This document shows positions 19,270-28,570 of a stretch of DNA of 64,000 nucleotides, piece after piece. Numbering within the stretch: position 1 is the stretch's first letter; each line of letters opens with the position of its first letter. The notes under the pieces are model-generated. The model was not told the origin of the DNA. It searched no databases and saw only the letters and a program-made list of their open reading frames with translations. The translations under genes were made by a program, and so were the position numbers. This stretch comes from a candidate division WOR-3 bacterium (GTDB taxonomy: Bacteria; Hydrothermota; Tepidihabitantia; Tepidihabitantales; Tepidihabitantaceae), in contig CBFGKH010000001.1 of assembly GCA_965649295.1 (NCBI GenBank), forward strand, positions 192,001-256,000, read 5' to 3'.

Positions 19270-20259
19270 TCACCGCCGGCGGCCAGAATTGGAGCGACCC
19301 GGCGTAGGTACCGGTAGTAGGCGCCAGGTGTCACCGCCATCCGGAAGCCTCCCGTAGGCGGTGTCCGGGGCCTGCGGGCCAAAACTCAAAGTATCAACTA
19401 TCAGAATGTTGTGGCCGCTTGCCTGGTACAGACCAACCTGCTCACCGACCGCTGCCCCCAGGCTGAAAGTCGCGTGCAGTGGCCCTTCCGCTGGCTCATT
19501 GTCGGCCCAGACCAGTAGAAAGCGTCCTGGCCCCAGCACCACATCCGGAAACGGCCACTTGGTCGGTTGGGAGAGGTCGTCGGTCAGATAAACCCCCTTA
19601 AGCCCTATCGGTTCGCTACCGGCATTGTAGAGTTCAATCCAGTCATCGTAGTCACCGGCCTCATCGATCACCACCGTGTGGTTGGAAGCAAGAAACTCAT
19701 TTATGAAAAGCAGATGGGCCAGACTCGATTCGCCAGTCGAGTTGGCTGCGCCCGGAGTTGGTGCCCAGAGCCGTCGCCACTCACCACCATCCGGAACGCG
19801 CCCCATCGAAGTATCGGCTCCCTGAGGACCGAATGATAACGTGTCAATAACGAAAAGCCGCTCACCGTTTGTGGCATAGAGCCCAAGCTGCTCGCCGCTG
19901 TCAGCATTGAGCCGAAAAGAGGCGTGCAGTGCGCCCTGACGATACTCAGCATCAGCCCAGACGATGAGAAACCCGCCGGCTGGGATGAACGTATCCGGGA
20001 AAGACCACTTCATCGGCCGGGAAAGGTCGTCGGTGAGGAACATAGTGCCCAAGCGCAGACTCGTATCCCCAGCATTGTACAGCTCGATCCAGTCCGCGTA
20101 GTCGCCGAACTCATCAGCCACGGTCCGCTTGTTTGAAGCCATGAACTCGTTTATGAATAGAGTCCCGTGTAGCGGTGATTCGGCTGGCTGTGTCGGGCCA
20201 GCGCTGCAACCGCCAGCCAAGAATACTACTGCCACAATCAGAACCGTTCGTCGGCTCAC
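19270..20259 (-). CDS. Lipoprotein with two lamin-tail domains
   Basis: Lipobox LAGGC; two copies of INEF(M/L)ASN...DE.GDY.DWIELYN...LTDDLS.P.KW...PTPG. Confidence 0.85.
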   Translation of the reverse strand: MSRRTVLIVAVVFLAGGCSAGPTQPAESPLHGTLFINEFMASNKRTVADEFGDYADWIELYNAGDTSLRLGTMFLTDDLSRPMKWSFPDTFIPAGGFLIVWADAEYRQGALHASFRLNADSGEQLGLYATNGERLFVIDTLSFGPQGADTSMGRVPDGGEWRRLWAPTPGAANSTGESSLAHLLFINEFLASNHTVVIDEAGDYDDWIELYNAGSEPIGLKGVYLTDDLSQPTKWPFPDVVLGPGRFLLVWADNEPAEGPLHATFSLGAAVGEQVGLYQASGHNILIVDTLSFGPQAPDTAYGRLPDGGDTWRLLPVPTPGRSNSGRRR

Positions 20260-20272
20260 ATCTCACCTCCGA

Positions 20273-21262
20273 CTAGAAACTCGCCTGGGTCTGAATTCTT
20301 ATCTCCTGGGCAAAGGTCGGCCGCGAAGTGAAGTCCGCGGTCCAACCTACCTTTAGCTGTAACTGCTGTTGCAGCTGCCACGTACCTCCGACAGTTGCAG
20401 TTGTCCGCCAGTCACTGCGTCTCAGAATATCCTGATAGAACCGTTCCAATCGCAGCCAGGGTCTGGCCGGCCCAATCCGATATGCTCCTGTCAGTGTCGC
20501 GCCGAGCATAGTCGTCCCCGCATCAGCCGCACCGACCAGCAGCTCAGCTTCGGCATCGGCATTGCCCAGACACAGACTGGCATCAGCGCCATAGGCAATG
20601 ACCAGTCTGCCTGTTACCGAATCATGACGCTGGGTTGCGTTGAGACCAAAGTTGACGCCGCTGGCCGGTTTGAGCTCGATGCGCTGAGCTAACTGCTTGG
20701 CGTCGTTATCGTCACGGGCAAGCCGCGTACCGGTGCCGTTATACACACCTGCCGCGTAGCTGAGTAACAGCGAACCGAGCCGCAGGTCACCCATCGTCGT
20801 AAGACCGATGTCACGGCCAAGAAAACCCCGGTCAGCAAAAGCCTCATTGGTGATGCCACGCTCAATTGCCAGGAGCTTGCTCGCCGCTGTTAGTTCCTCG
20901 CGGCTGAACGGCAGCTTGCCCAGCCCAACAACGAGCTTCAGGCCGGACAACGCCTGATATCCGACAAATGCATCCTTGATTTCGGGTATCAACTCATCAC
21001 AGCCAAGCTCGATGCCAGACTGAAGCCTTGTTTGCTGGTAGTTGAACCTGACCCTGATCCGACGCAGGATGAAGCTGTGGTGCGGATAGACGCCAACGTG
21101 AGTATCGTAGTACCACTGGGCGTGAACGTAGCCACTTACTTCTGGCCGCTTCGCCCCACTTTGCCCACTGCCGGTAGCCAATCCGGCCAGGAGGGCGACG
21201 ATCAGCAGCAGCGCACTAGTCCGCACTGTATCTTTGCGCACAGAGCAGCCCACTCTGTGCAA
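20273..21262 (-). CDS. Outer-membrane porin, OprO/OprP (phosphate-selective)-like
   Basis: Signal peptide, F.LRR.R, KDAFV, K.PFSRE.L.....L..IER, GRDIG, YAAGVYNG.G, terminal Phe; true start probably near 21226. Confidence 0.7.
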   Translation of the reverse strand: MHRVGCSVRKDTVRTSALLLIVALLAGLATGSGQSGAKRPEVSGYVHAQWYYDTHVGVYPHHSFILRRIRVRFNYQQTRLQSGIELGCDELIPEIKDAFVGYQALSGLKLVVGLGKLPFSREELTAASKLLAIERGITNEAFADRGFLGRDIGLTTMGDLRLGSLLLSYAAGVYNGTGTRLARDDNDAKQLAQRIELKPASGVNFGLNATQRHDSVTGRLVIAYGADASLCLGNADAEAELLVGAADAGTTMLGATLTGAYRIGPARPWLRLERFYQDILRRSDWRTTATVGGTWQLQQQLQLKVGWTADFTSRPTFAQEIRIQTQASF

Positions 21263-21279
21263 GTAACCACTCGAATACC

Positions 21280-21325
21280 ATTGTAGGCCGTGCCTTTAGG
21301 ACTACAAGTGTTAACACAGTGTTTA
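21280..21325 (-). promoter_or_regulatory. Promoter with an upstream Pho-box-like 11-bp direct repeat
   Basis: TACAAT -10 (21280-21285), weak TTGTAG -35, and TAAACA-CTGTG-TTAACA at 21309-21325. Confidence 0.5.
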
Positions 21326-21418
21326 GACACAGGACCGGCGCTGTTCCTGCGTTGTTCTCTTGAATCTGACTAGCTCTACAAGCTAGTCCCGAACGTCTGC
21401 GGAGCTAAGAGGTTAGTC

Positions 21419-22132
21419 TCACTGCCCGACCTGACCGGAAACGACAGCCAGGGCACCCTCAAGCCTGAATGCCCGCTTTTCTCGGCCAAGTCTGGCCCAG
21501 AGCGCAGCCGAGTACTCACCAGCCTCAAACCCAGCCGGCACCGCTATTGTCGGGTTGAACTCGCCTTTGGGGATGAGCAATAGCACTTTAGAACTCTCGG
21601 CCGCACTGCTACCGGTTGCCGGCCGATGGAATGTCACCTCGAGCCAGCGGCTGTCTCGGGCATTACCACTGACTGTCAGAATCCGTTGGCCGTCCCTTGT
21701 GCCGACCTGGGTTTCCAACGCCGCCAGCGAATCGGCCAAGCGCAACTTCTCCGGTCCACTCGTGACCGAGCCCTTGCCTAGTGCCTTCAGCCCAACCGGC
21801 CGCACCGCTACCTCATCATCACCCAGCTTCCGCTGCCATAGCCCGACCTCGTAACTCCCCTGATAGTAGTCAGCCGGTATCGGCACCGGCAGCAGGAACC
21901 TGCCCTTGACCGAATATACTGTCCGCTGGCCCTGGCAGGTCGAATCTGGCTCGCCTGGCCGAAAGAAGGTCACTGCCAGCCAGTCACTGGCGTCAGGTGC
22001 GACACCGGTAACTTCGAGCACCGGCCTGCCTTCCTTTTTACTGACTCGCGCTGACAAGGTCGGCAGCGAATCTCCAGCGACTGCCGGCTGAACCAGCACA
22101 AGGGACAGAAAGAACAACATCGGCTTCGACAT
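21419..22132 (-). CDS. Secreted hypothetical protein with an internal two-domain duplication
   Basis: GGAGGTG SD, signal peptide, two copies of DSL..L......G..L.V.G.A....WL.VTF.RP...KG.F...P......G.Y...LW..LG. Confidence 0.7.
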   Translation of the reverse strand: MSKPMLFFLSLVLVQPAVAGDSLPTLSARVSKKEGRPVLEVTGVAPDASDWLAVTFFRPGEPDSTCQGQRTVYSVKGRFLLPVPIPADYYQGSYEVGLWQRKLGDDEVAVRPVGLKALGKGSVTSGPEKLRLADSLAALETQVGTRDGQRILTVSGNARDSRWLEVTFHRPATGSSAAESSKVLLLIPKGEFNPTIAVPAGFEAGEYSAALWARLGREKRAFRLEGALAVVSGQVGQ

Positions 22133-22169
22133 TAGCACCTCCAGCAGGTCGGTCTGGAATGCAAGCTGA

Positions 22170-22198
22170 TTGACGAACCTCAGGCCCGTCCGTATGAT
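22170..22198 (+). promoter_or_regulatory. Sigma70-type promoter for the TonB-dependent receptor
   Basis: TTGACG-N17-TATGAT. Confidence 0.65.
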
Positions 22199-22233
22199 AC
22201 GCCAAATAGCACCTGTTGCAATCGGAGGTAGTG

Positions 22234-24627
22234 ATGGCAAAGCTCGTCCTCTTTTTTCTCCTCTGCCGCCAAGCCCTAGCTACTTTAACGCCGACCGGTA
22301 GCATTGCTGGTTACGTCATCGATGCCGCCACCCGCTCACCACTACCTGGCGCCAGCGTGACCGTTGTCGGCACCGAACTTGGGGCTGCTGCCGATGCTGC
22401 TGGCCGTTTTGTGATTAACCGTGTTCCGGTTGGCATCCACACGGTTGAAGCCTCAATGATCGGTTACGCAGCCCAGGCCCGTACCAACAGCGTAGTCAGC
22501 CCAGGCCGCCAGACTGAACTCTCCTTCCGACTCAGCCGGGCACGAATCAGTATCGGTGAAGTCACGGTTCGTGTCGAACACTTTCCCCGCGTCAAGGACG
22601 CAGCTGTCTCCCAGCGCAACTTTGCCGCTCAGGAGATTGAAATTGCTCCGGGCGGGCTGGGCGACATTCAACGCGTTGTCCAAGCGATGCCCTCGGTTGT
22701 CTCCTCCGGTGACCAAGACAATGAGGTCATCGTCCGCGGCGGCAGCCACAATGAGAATCTCTTCCTGATTGACGGGATTGAAATTCCCTATCCAAACCAC
22801 TTCGGCTCGTTTGCAGCCCAAGGTGGTCCGGTCAACATTCTCAACCCTCTGCTCGTTCGGGAAGTTGATTTCGTGGCCGGTGCTTTTCCGGCCCGCTACG
22901 GTGGCCGCGCCTCTTCAGTGATGGATATCAGCCTCAAACGCGGCTCGCTCGAAGAACTGGACGGCAGTATTGATATGGGGATGGCCGGGCTTGGTGTTGT
23001 GTTCGAATCACCGCTGCCCGGCCGCACCGGCTCATTCATCGGTTCCTATCACAAGAGCTTTCTGGAGCTGATGGCCCGGATGGGTGTCTGGGGAATGTCT
23101 GCAGTTCCCTACTACGACAACGCACTGGGCAAGGTGATTCTTCGCCCCTGGCCTGGTCATGAGTTCTCGCTGTTAGGACTGTGGGGCAGCGACCACATCT
23201 ACATCGGACCGGGCGAGAACGTGGACGAGAATACCTATACGATTAGGCAACAAACGCAGCGCTACGCCGGTGGCTTCGGCTGGCAAAGCCTGTTCGGCAA
23301 CCACGGCTATGGCCGACTGCTCTTGTCAACCAACAGCACTTCCTGGAACGCCTTTGTCCATGAGAGTACAGACGTCAACGACACGCTCCAGTCCCTCAAG
23401 TCGTCTGTCGGCACGCTCGCGGCCCGCTACGACGCTGCCCTGCGACTCGCCCCGGGCCAAGAGACACAGACTGGTGTGATGCTAAGCCGCACACCGGCTG
23501 ACATGCAGTTCTTTCTCAAGCCCTCGCCTTTCTACCGCTATCTCTACAACCCCGACAGCTCGATTGCCGACTCGTTTCCCGTGCTTGACTCGGCCGGCAA
23601 TCCAACCTACTGGACGATGAATAGCTACGGCCAGGCCAGCTCGGTCAACCTTTCGGCCTACCTCTCCCACCGCATCGAGCTCGGCCGTCTTCTTGATGTC
23701 ACTGCTGGGTTGCGGCTCGACCGTTTCGGCTACACCGGCGCGACAAGCATCGCTCCCCGCCTTGGCATCGCCACCCATCCTCTCTTCGGTGGTGCCAGCC
23801 TGCATGCCGGCTGGGGCTGGCACTTTCAGCCACCAGAGTGGTACATCCTCTTTGCCGACACGGTTGCCAACCGCAATCTCCGTGACCGCCGCAGCGACCA
23901 CTATGTTGTCGGGATAGAACGCCGGTTCGGTCAGGACATCAGGTTGTCGCTCGAGGGCTTTGTCAGGCGCAGCCGCTACCTTCCAATCCCCTACTCGGCG
24001 ACTACGCCCGACACCTACGACTATCCCAGTAACTACCTAGCTCAGGGCCGTGGCGGGTCAGAGGGACTTGAGCTCTTCGTCCAGAAGAAGCACGCTGGTA
24101 ACTGGCACGGTTCACTCGCCTACTCTCTTTCCCGTTCTTGGGTCATCGCTGCCCAAGACTCGACCATCCGCTACCCTGGCGACTACGACTACCGCCACAT
24201 CCTGACGGCTGCCGGCACCTACACGATCGAGTTCCACAAGCAGCAATGGTATCAGCACCTGCCGGGCTGGTTCCGCTCCACCATCGGTGGCCTGCTCTTC
24301 TCCGACGTAGCGGCCATTGGCCTGCGCTGGCGCTACCTGAGCGGCCGGCCCTATACCGAACCAAGCTGGAATCCGGAGATTCGTCGCTGGATTGCCGCTC
24401 CTGCGAACCTGAACAACCAACGCTATCCGGATTACCACCGCCTCGACATTCGCTGGGACCACAAGTTCTTAATGAAACGCTGGAGCCTCAACTGGTACCT
24501 CGAAATCCAAAACGTCTATGGGCGCCGCAATGTCTGGATGTATCAGTACAACGACGGCAATCCAGACCGTAGGACAGTTTATGGCCTAGCATTCTGGCCG
24601 ATGGCGGGAATGGTCATCGAGTTCTAG
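22234..24627 (+). CDS. TonB-dependent receptor with N-terminal carboxypeptidase-regulatory-like domain
   Basis: GSIAGYVIDA.T..PLPGA, plug VRGG...ENLFLIDGIEI..PNHF, GAFPARYG, YHRLDIR, terminal Phe; GGAGG SD. Confidence 0.9.
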   Translation: MAKLVLFFLLCRQALATLTPTGSIAGYVIDAATRSPLPGASVTVVGTELGAAADAAGRFVINRVPVGIHTVEASMIGYAAQARTNSVVSPGRQTELSFRLSRARISIGEVTVRVEHFPRVKDAAVSQRNFAAQEIEIAPGGLGDIQRVVQAMPSVVSSGDQDNEVIVRGGSHNENLFLIDGIEIPYPNHFGSFAAQGGPVNILNPLLVREVDFVAGAFPARYGGRASSVMDISLKRGSLEELDGSIDMGMAGLGVVFESPLPGRTGSFIGSYHKSFLELMARMGVWGMSAVPYYDNALGKVILRPWPGHEFSLLGLWGSDHIYIGPGENVDENTYTIRQQTQRYAGGFGWQSLFGNHGYGRLLLSTNSTSWNAFVHESTDVNDTLQSLKSSVGTLAARYDAALRLAPGQETQTGVMLSRTPADMQFFLKPSPFYRYLYNPDSSIADSFPVLDSAGNPTYWTMNSYGQASSVNLSAYLSHRIELGRLLDVTAGLRLDRFGYTGATSIAPRLGIATHPLFGGASLHAGWGWHFQPPEWYILFADTVANRNLRDRRSDHYVVGIERRFGQDIRLSLEGFVRRSRYLPIPYSATTPDTYDYPSNYLAQGRGGSEGLELFVQKKHAGNWHGSLAYSLSRSWVIAAQDSTIRYPGDYDYRHILTAAGTYTIEFHKQQWYQHLPGWFRSTIGGLLFSDVAAIGLRWRYLSGRPYTEPSWNPEIRRWIAAPANLNNQRYPDYHRLDIRWDHKFLMKRWSLNWYLEIQNVYGRRNVWMYQYNDGNPDRRTVYGLAFWPMAGMVIEF

Positions 24628-24643
24628 TCTCGCTCAATGTTGG

Positions 24644-24737
24644 TTGACGGACCATCTCGTCTGGCCTAGAATCTAATTAGCTCCTGCTCCGTAAGCCTGT
24701 CACTGGGTTACCAGGTGTCGGCCGCGGAGCAGGAGCT
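24644..24737 (+). promoter_or_regulatory. Promoter plus 13-bp-stem leader hairpin covering the SD
   Basis: TTGACG-N17-TAGAAT; AGCTCCTGCTCCG (24679-24691) pairs with CGGAGCAGGAGCT (24725-24737). Confidence 0.6.
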
Positions 24738-24748
24738 TTGCTATTACC

Positions 24749-25228
24749 ATGGTAACTGCAACCAACCACACTCTTGCCGGCCGCTGCGGCAAGTACTGCG
24801 GCGCTTGCGCTATCTACCGTGCTTACAAGGACGGTGGCAAGCTCCGCGTTGACGTTGCCCGAACCTACCGTTGCCTGCCCTCTGAACTACGGTGCGATGG
24901 CTGCCGCACACTCCATATTGTCGGCTGGTCACGCGAGCCTGACCGGGGCCGCAACTGCCGTGTCCTGCGCTGTCTCAAGACTCAGAACCTCGAAACCTGC
25001 GGTGACTGCCGACAACAGCGAGATTGCGATATCTGGAAGGCAGTTGCCGCCTCGTGCCGTAGTTCTGGTATTGACCTTGGCGCCAATCTCCGGTCGCAGC
25101 GCGAGCAGGGTCTCGACCGATGGCTGGCCTCACAGGCCGAGCGCTGGCGCTGCCAACATTGCTCCAAACCGGTTGCTGCCTCGGCCGACAACCCCCGCTG
25201 TCCGTCCTGCGGCAATTTCCAGCTCTAA
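24749..25228 (+). CDS. DUF3795-like cysteine-rich protein
   Basis: CGKYCGAC.IY, C.GC, C.VLRC...L.TCGDC, C-terminal WRCQHC...CPSCG. Confidence 0.8.
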   Translation: MVTATNHTLAGRCGKYCGACAIYRAYKDGGKLRVDVARTYRCLPSELRCDGCRTLHIVGWSREPDRGRNCRVLRCLKTQNLETCGDCRQQRDCDIWKAVAASCRSSGIDLGANLRSQREQGLDRWLASQAERWRCQHCSKPVAASADNPRCPSCGNFQL

Positions 25229-25255
25229 CCCGCGGCTAGCTCAGGCCGGCAGCGA

Positions 25256-26095
25256 CTAATCAAGTAACACTGGCTTCCGTCGGCGAAACCGAGTCGGACT
25301 AATACCGAAGCGGGTCAGCAGTGCCATGACCGATGCAATTCCCGCGCCGACATCGCTCGCTCGATGAGCATCAGAACCGACTGTGAATCGCTTGATTCCG
25401 GCACTAACAGCTTGCTCAATTATCCAAACTGCCGGGTAGGGTTCACTCGAACCGCGTCGCAAAGCCGAAGAATTGACCTCGACGCCGGTACCAGACTGAG
25501 AGATAAACTGTAGCGTCGGCCCCAACTCAGCCGCCATCACCTCGTCAAAACGACTATCAAACAAAAGCCTGATATATTTGCGATAGATATCAAGATGGGC
25601 GAGCGCATCAAAAAGCTGGGTTCCAGCCGCAGCCCGTAGATTGTGCAGGTACTGTCGGGCGGTATGCTCTGGCCCTCGGTGCAGGTACTCGCGCCGAAAT
25701 CTGTCCAACTCGTCGCCGGCAGTGATTGCCACGTGGTCAAGACAGTGGACAGCCCCGAGCACGAAATCAAACTCGTGCTTCCCGAGGAAGTCAGCGATGA
25801 TGCCTTCGAGTCCCGGCTCATACCCGACTTCGACCCCGGCCAAGACGGTCAGCTGTGGGAAAGCAGTCCGACACTGTTCAATCTCAGCCAGATAGCCTGT
25901 CACCCAGTTCGACGCAACCGGCTGGCGCTCACCTGCCACCCGAACCCATTCAAGTTCAGCCCGGGCCGGGTCCGGCTCATAGTGACTGGTAAAGCAGAGC
26001 TCGGTAATGCCTGCGGCAATCGCCGCCCGGCAGCACTCGTGCATTGAATCACTCGCATCATGCGAGTAATCGGGATGAACGTGATAGTCAATCAC
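25256..26095 (-). CDS. PHP-family histidinol-phosphatase (HisJ-like)
   Basis: DYHVH..YSHD, CFTSH, DFVLGAVH, LAHLD, EVNSS, GSDAH; GTG start overlaps the upstream stop. Confidence 0.85.
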   Translation of the reverse strand: MIDYHVHPDYSHDASDSMHECCRAAIAAGITELCFTSHYEPDPARAELEWVRVAGERQPVASNWVTGYLAEIEQCRTAFPQLTVLAGVEVGYEPGLEGIIADFLGKHEFDFVLGAVHCLDHVAITAGDELDRFRREYLHRGPEHTARQYLHNLRAAAGTQLFDALAHLDIYRKYIRLLFDSRFDEVMAAELGPTLQFISQSGTGVEVNSSALRRGSSEPYPAVWIIEQAVSAGIKRFTVGSDAHRASDVGAGIASVMALLTRFGISPTRFRRRKPVLLD

Positions 26096-27809
26096 CAGCC
26101 CATCCCAGTTCGGCTTGAGCGGCCATGGCCGGTAGGTACGGCTCACGCCAGCAGTAGCCAGCACTCATCCCGACCCGCACCCGCTCACTCGGCTGCCAGC
26201 CAACCGCCGCGCTTGTTCGCCAACCTGACACACTTGTACTGAACGAACGGCTGGTGCCTATCGCCGCCGGCTCAGACAGACCAAGTGTCACACCACTACC
26301 CGCAACCCAGAACCGGCCCAGCCCCATGCCGATACGAAGACTACCTAGCCGCGTTTGGGCCCGCAGCCCAACCGCCTGGCCATTGTCCGCACCAGTCTCC
26401 TTATGCTCATCAACCAGCGTTAGGGCCAGCTCGCTCGGTCCCAGTTGAAGCTCAAGTCCTAGCCGTGCGGTGCGGTAGCGTCCCTGCTCCCCTCGATAAC
26501 TGCGACCAAATCCAAACCGCAACGCTGCCGGTCGCAACCGCTGGCCGACTTCGATGGCGACCCGGGCCGGCAGCGAATCATCGCTGTATTCATGGTAGGT
26601 GTTACCGTTGAGTATCACGTGCAGACCAGCATGATGGTAACCAACGCGCACCCCAGCATCAACTCGCTCCCGCCGACCGGTCATCCCTCGCCAGCGGCCG
26701 TGCGGTGCAAAGAAACCCGGCTGCCGTACCCCTGCCCGTAACGCAACGCTCACCATTGGCCAGTCACCGGCGAGAGTCAGTAAACCAGCACTACCACCGG
26801 AACTGGCAGTCGCAGCCTCAGCTCCGACTCGCCATGGCCCGGTACCTAGACCCAGACCGAGCGCTGCACCGGCGAGCTGCCTGCCGTAGAAAGACTCAAC
26901 ACTCTCCCGCGGTGCGATTGACCGATCATAGCTTAGCCACTGGGCAGCTAGGGTTACGCGCAACGCGCCACGGCTATGCTCAACCGCCGCAGCCTGGGTC
27001 AACTCGCCAAGAGTCCGCCGAGCCACGGCGGCAGCCGAGTCGGCATGAACACCAGAACCGATCAGCCTGGCAACTGTTCCATCAGCGCGCAGAACCGCAT
27101 CCCGCCGGGCCGCCGAAACTAGCCCGGCAACCTGCCAGCAGCCGAGTCTGACTGTCGCCGCCCCGCCACGCAAGTATCTTGTCTCAGCCACTGTCTGTTG
27201 CAGCCCTAGCTCCATACCACGTCCGTCAACTGCTCCTGTCCCACCAAACAGTAGCCCCTGCCCTAGCCGTAGCCGAAAGTCGCCGGCCACCATTCGTATC
27301 GAGCGGTTTGCAAACTGCAACCCAAGCCCGACAAAGTCTGCAAGCTCAGTCTCGCCTCTGTCCTTCTCTAGCTGCAACAACCCAGTCCAAGCCCCACGCC
27401 TTGCCACCAGCCGTTCGTGCAGTTGCCAGGGTGCGAACTGAACCGCAGCCGAGTCGTTCCTCGCGCTAGCGACGAACCGGGCCTGCCATGGTTCACGCTG
27501 AACCCGAAACCGCAGCAACGGCGCCAAAGCCATAACCAACGCCGAGTCGGTCACAACCGAAAATAGGTCCTGGGCCGCTCGTAGCGAACCGAGTGAATCG
27601 CGCAGCCGAATAATCTGCTCAGCAGTCCGCAGGCTGAGCCAGGGAACTGCCAGTAGGTCCTCGACCGCGGCGGTATTGACATCAATCGGATGGGCCGTCA
27701 GGTACTCAATCTCTGCCTGAAGCTCCAGGTCAACGCTGGTGGCGGTTTCTTCTGACTGCAGGTAGGGAACCAATGCCAGCAGCAGCACCGGTACGAGAAA
27801 CTGCGTCAC
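26088..27809 (-). CDS. Helix-hairpin-helix (ComEA-like) domain protein with predicted C-terminal beta-barrel
   Basis: PIDVNTA..EDLLAVPWLS...A..II..R, LEKD.GE, GDFRL..GQGL; GTG 27809 overlaps the upstream TGA and is followed by a signal-like segment. Confidence 0.72.
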   Translation of the reverse strand: MTQFLVPVLLLALVPYLQSEETATSVDLELQAEIEYLTAHPIDVNTAAVEDLLAVPWLSLRTAEQIIRLRDSLGSLRAAQDLFSVVTDSALVMALAPLLRFRVQREPWQARFVASARNDSAAVQFAPWQLHERLVARRGAWTGLLQLEKDRGETELADFVGLGLQFANRSIRMVAGDFRLRLGQGLLFGGTGAVDGRGMELGLQQTVAETRYLRGGAATVRLGCWQVAGLVSAARRDAVLRADGTVARLIGSGVHADSAAAVARRTLGELTQAAAVEHSRGALRVTLAAQWLSYDRSIAPRESVESFYGRQLAGAALGLGLGTGPWRVGAEAATASSGGSAGLLTLAGDWPMVSVALRAGVRQPGFFAPHGRWRGMTGRRERVDAGVRVGYHHAGLHVILNGNTYHEYSDDSLPARVAIEVGQRLRPAALRFGFGRSYRGEQGRYRTARLGLELQLGPSELALTLVDEHKETGADNGQAVGLRAQTRLGSLRIGMGLGRFWVAGSGVTLGLSEPAAIGTSRSFSTSVSGWRTSAAVGWQPSERVRVGMSAGYCWREPYLPAMAAQAELGWAGD

Positions 27810-28570
27810 CGCGTCTGAGCGCGGATGCCAAGCTGATGGCTTATGCCCAGGGCCGGAACAAACCGCGCTGCGTAGTCTATTCCCAGCACGCCGACGTCGG
27901 CGCCCAATCCAGCAGCAGCTCACAACGGCGTTGTTCCCAACCCAGCCCGCAGTCCGAGTACCGGAATCAGCCGAAACTCAAGTCCAATCCGCGCCTCCTC
28001 GTCACTGCCGGCCCGAACTAGGTCCAGCGCCAGTAACAACTCTGACACCGGCTGCCAGACAGCACCCAGGCCCAAGAACAGTGGCAGGTTGCTCGGCCCA
28101 AGTGTGGGGCCATTCAGATTGGAACCGGCCGCGGCAAGTCGGACGTTACCAATTGCCCAGCACCCGCCAAGGTCAAATGCCGGCGCCGCGTACCTAATAC
28201 CGCTCCCGTCAGTCGTGGCTAAGAGATGCGCAGCAGCACCAACAAAACCAACACTCGTAGGTCTGAACGCCACTACCGCAGCTCCGTCGAGCTCGCCATA
28301 CCCGGCCAGACCGACATCACTTAGACCGATGACCGCGGCAACACGCCCAAACGAAGCCCCAGTCCGGATATCGATACTACGCAAACCCGGAAAGCCATAA
28401 GGTTGCTCATAGCAGAGAGCCCCTGCCAGGCGACGAATCGAACCGGCCGCTGCTGGGTTCAGACCAGAGCAGTGCTGCCAGTCTTCGACTGCCAGACCAG
28501 CTACCATTCCGCCTGCCCGACCCGCAGGATTATTCAACTCAAAAGCAGCGAGTAGCAGCAGGGCAACCAC
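27806..28570 (-). pseudogene. PorV/PorQ-like outer-membrane beta-barrel interrupted by an in-frame TGA at 27920-27922
   Basis: NPAA motif and amphipathic strands; reading continues in frame past TGA as AAAGLGADVGVLGIDYAARFVPALGISHQLGIRAQTR* to 27806. Confidence 0.62.

Noticed and set aside
24679..24737. SRP RNA as the identity of the hairpin
   Set aside because: It lacks the conserved CAGG...GGAA...AGCAG helix-8 motif and is too short
27920..27922. Selenocysteine or a reassigned UGA code as the cause of the in-frame TGA
   Set aside because: The context is not a redox motif, I saw no clear SECIS hairpin, and TGA ends many other genes here normally
27810..27923. ORF-track N-terminal extension of the HhH protein (MSCCWIGRRRRR...)
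   Set aside because: This DNA is better explained as the C-terminus of the upstream barrel gene; the signal-like segment begins at GTG 27809
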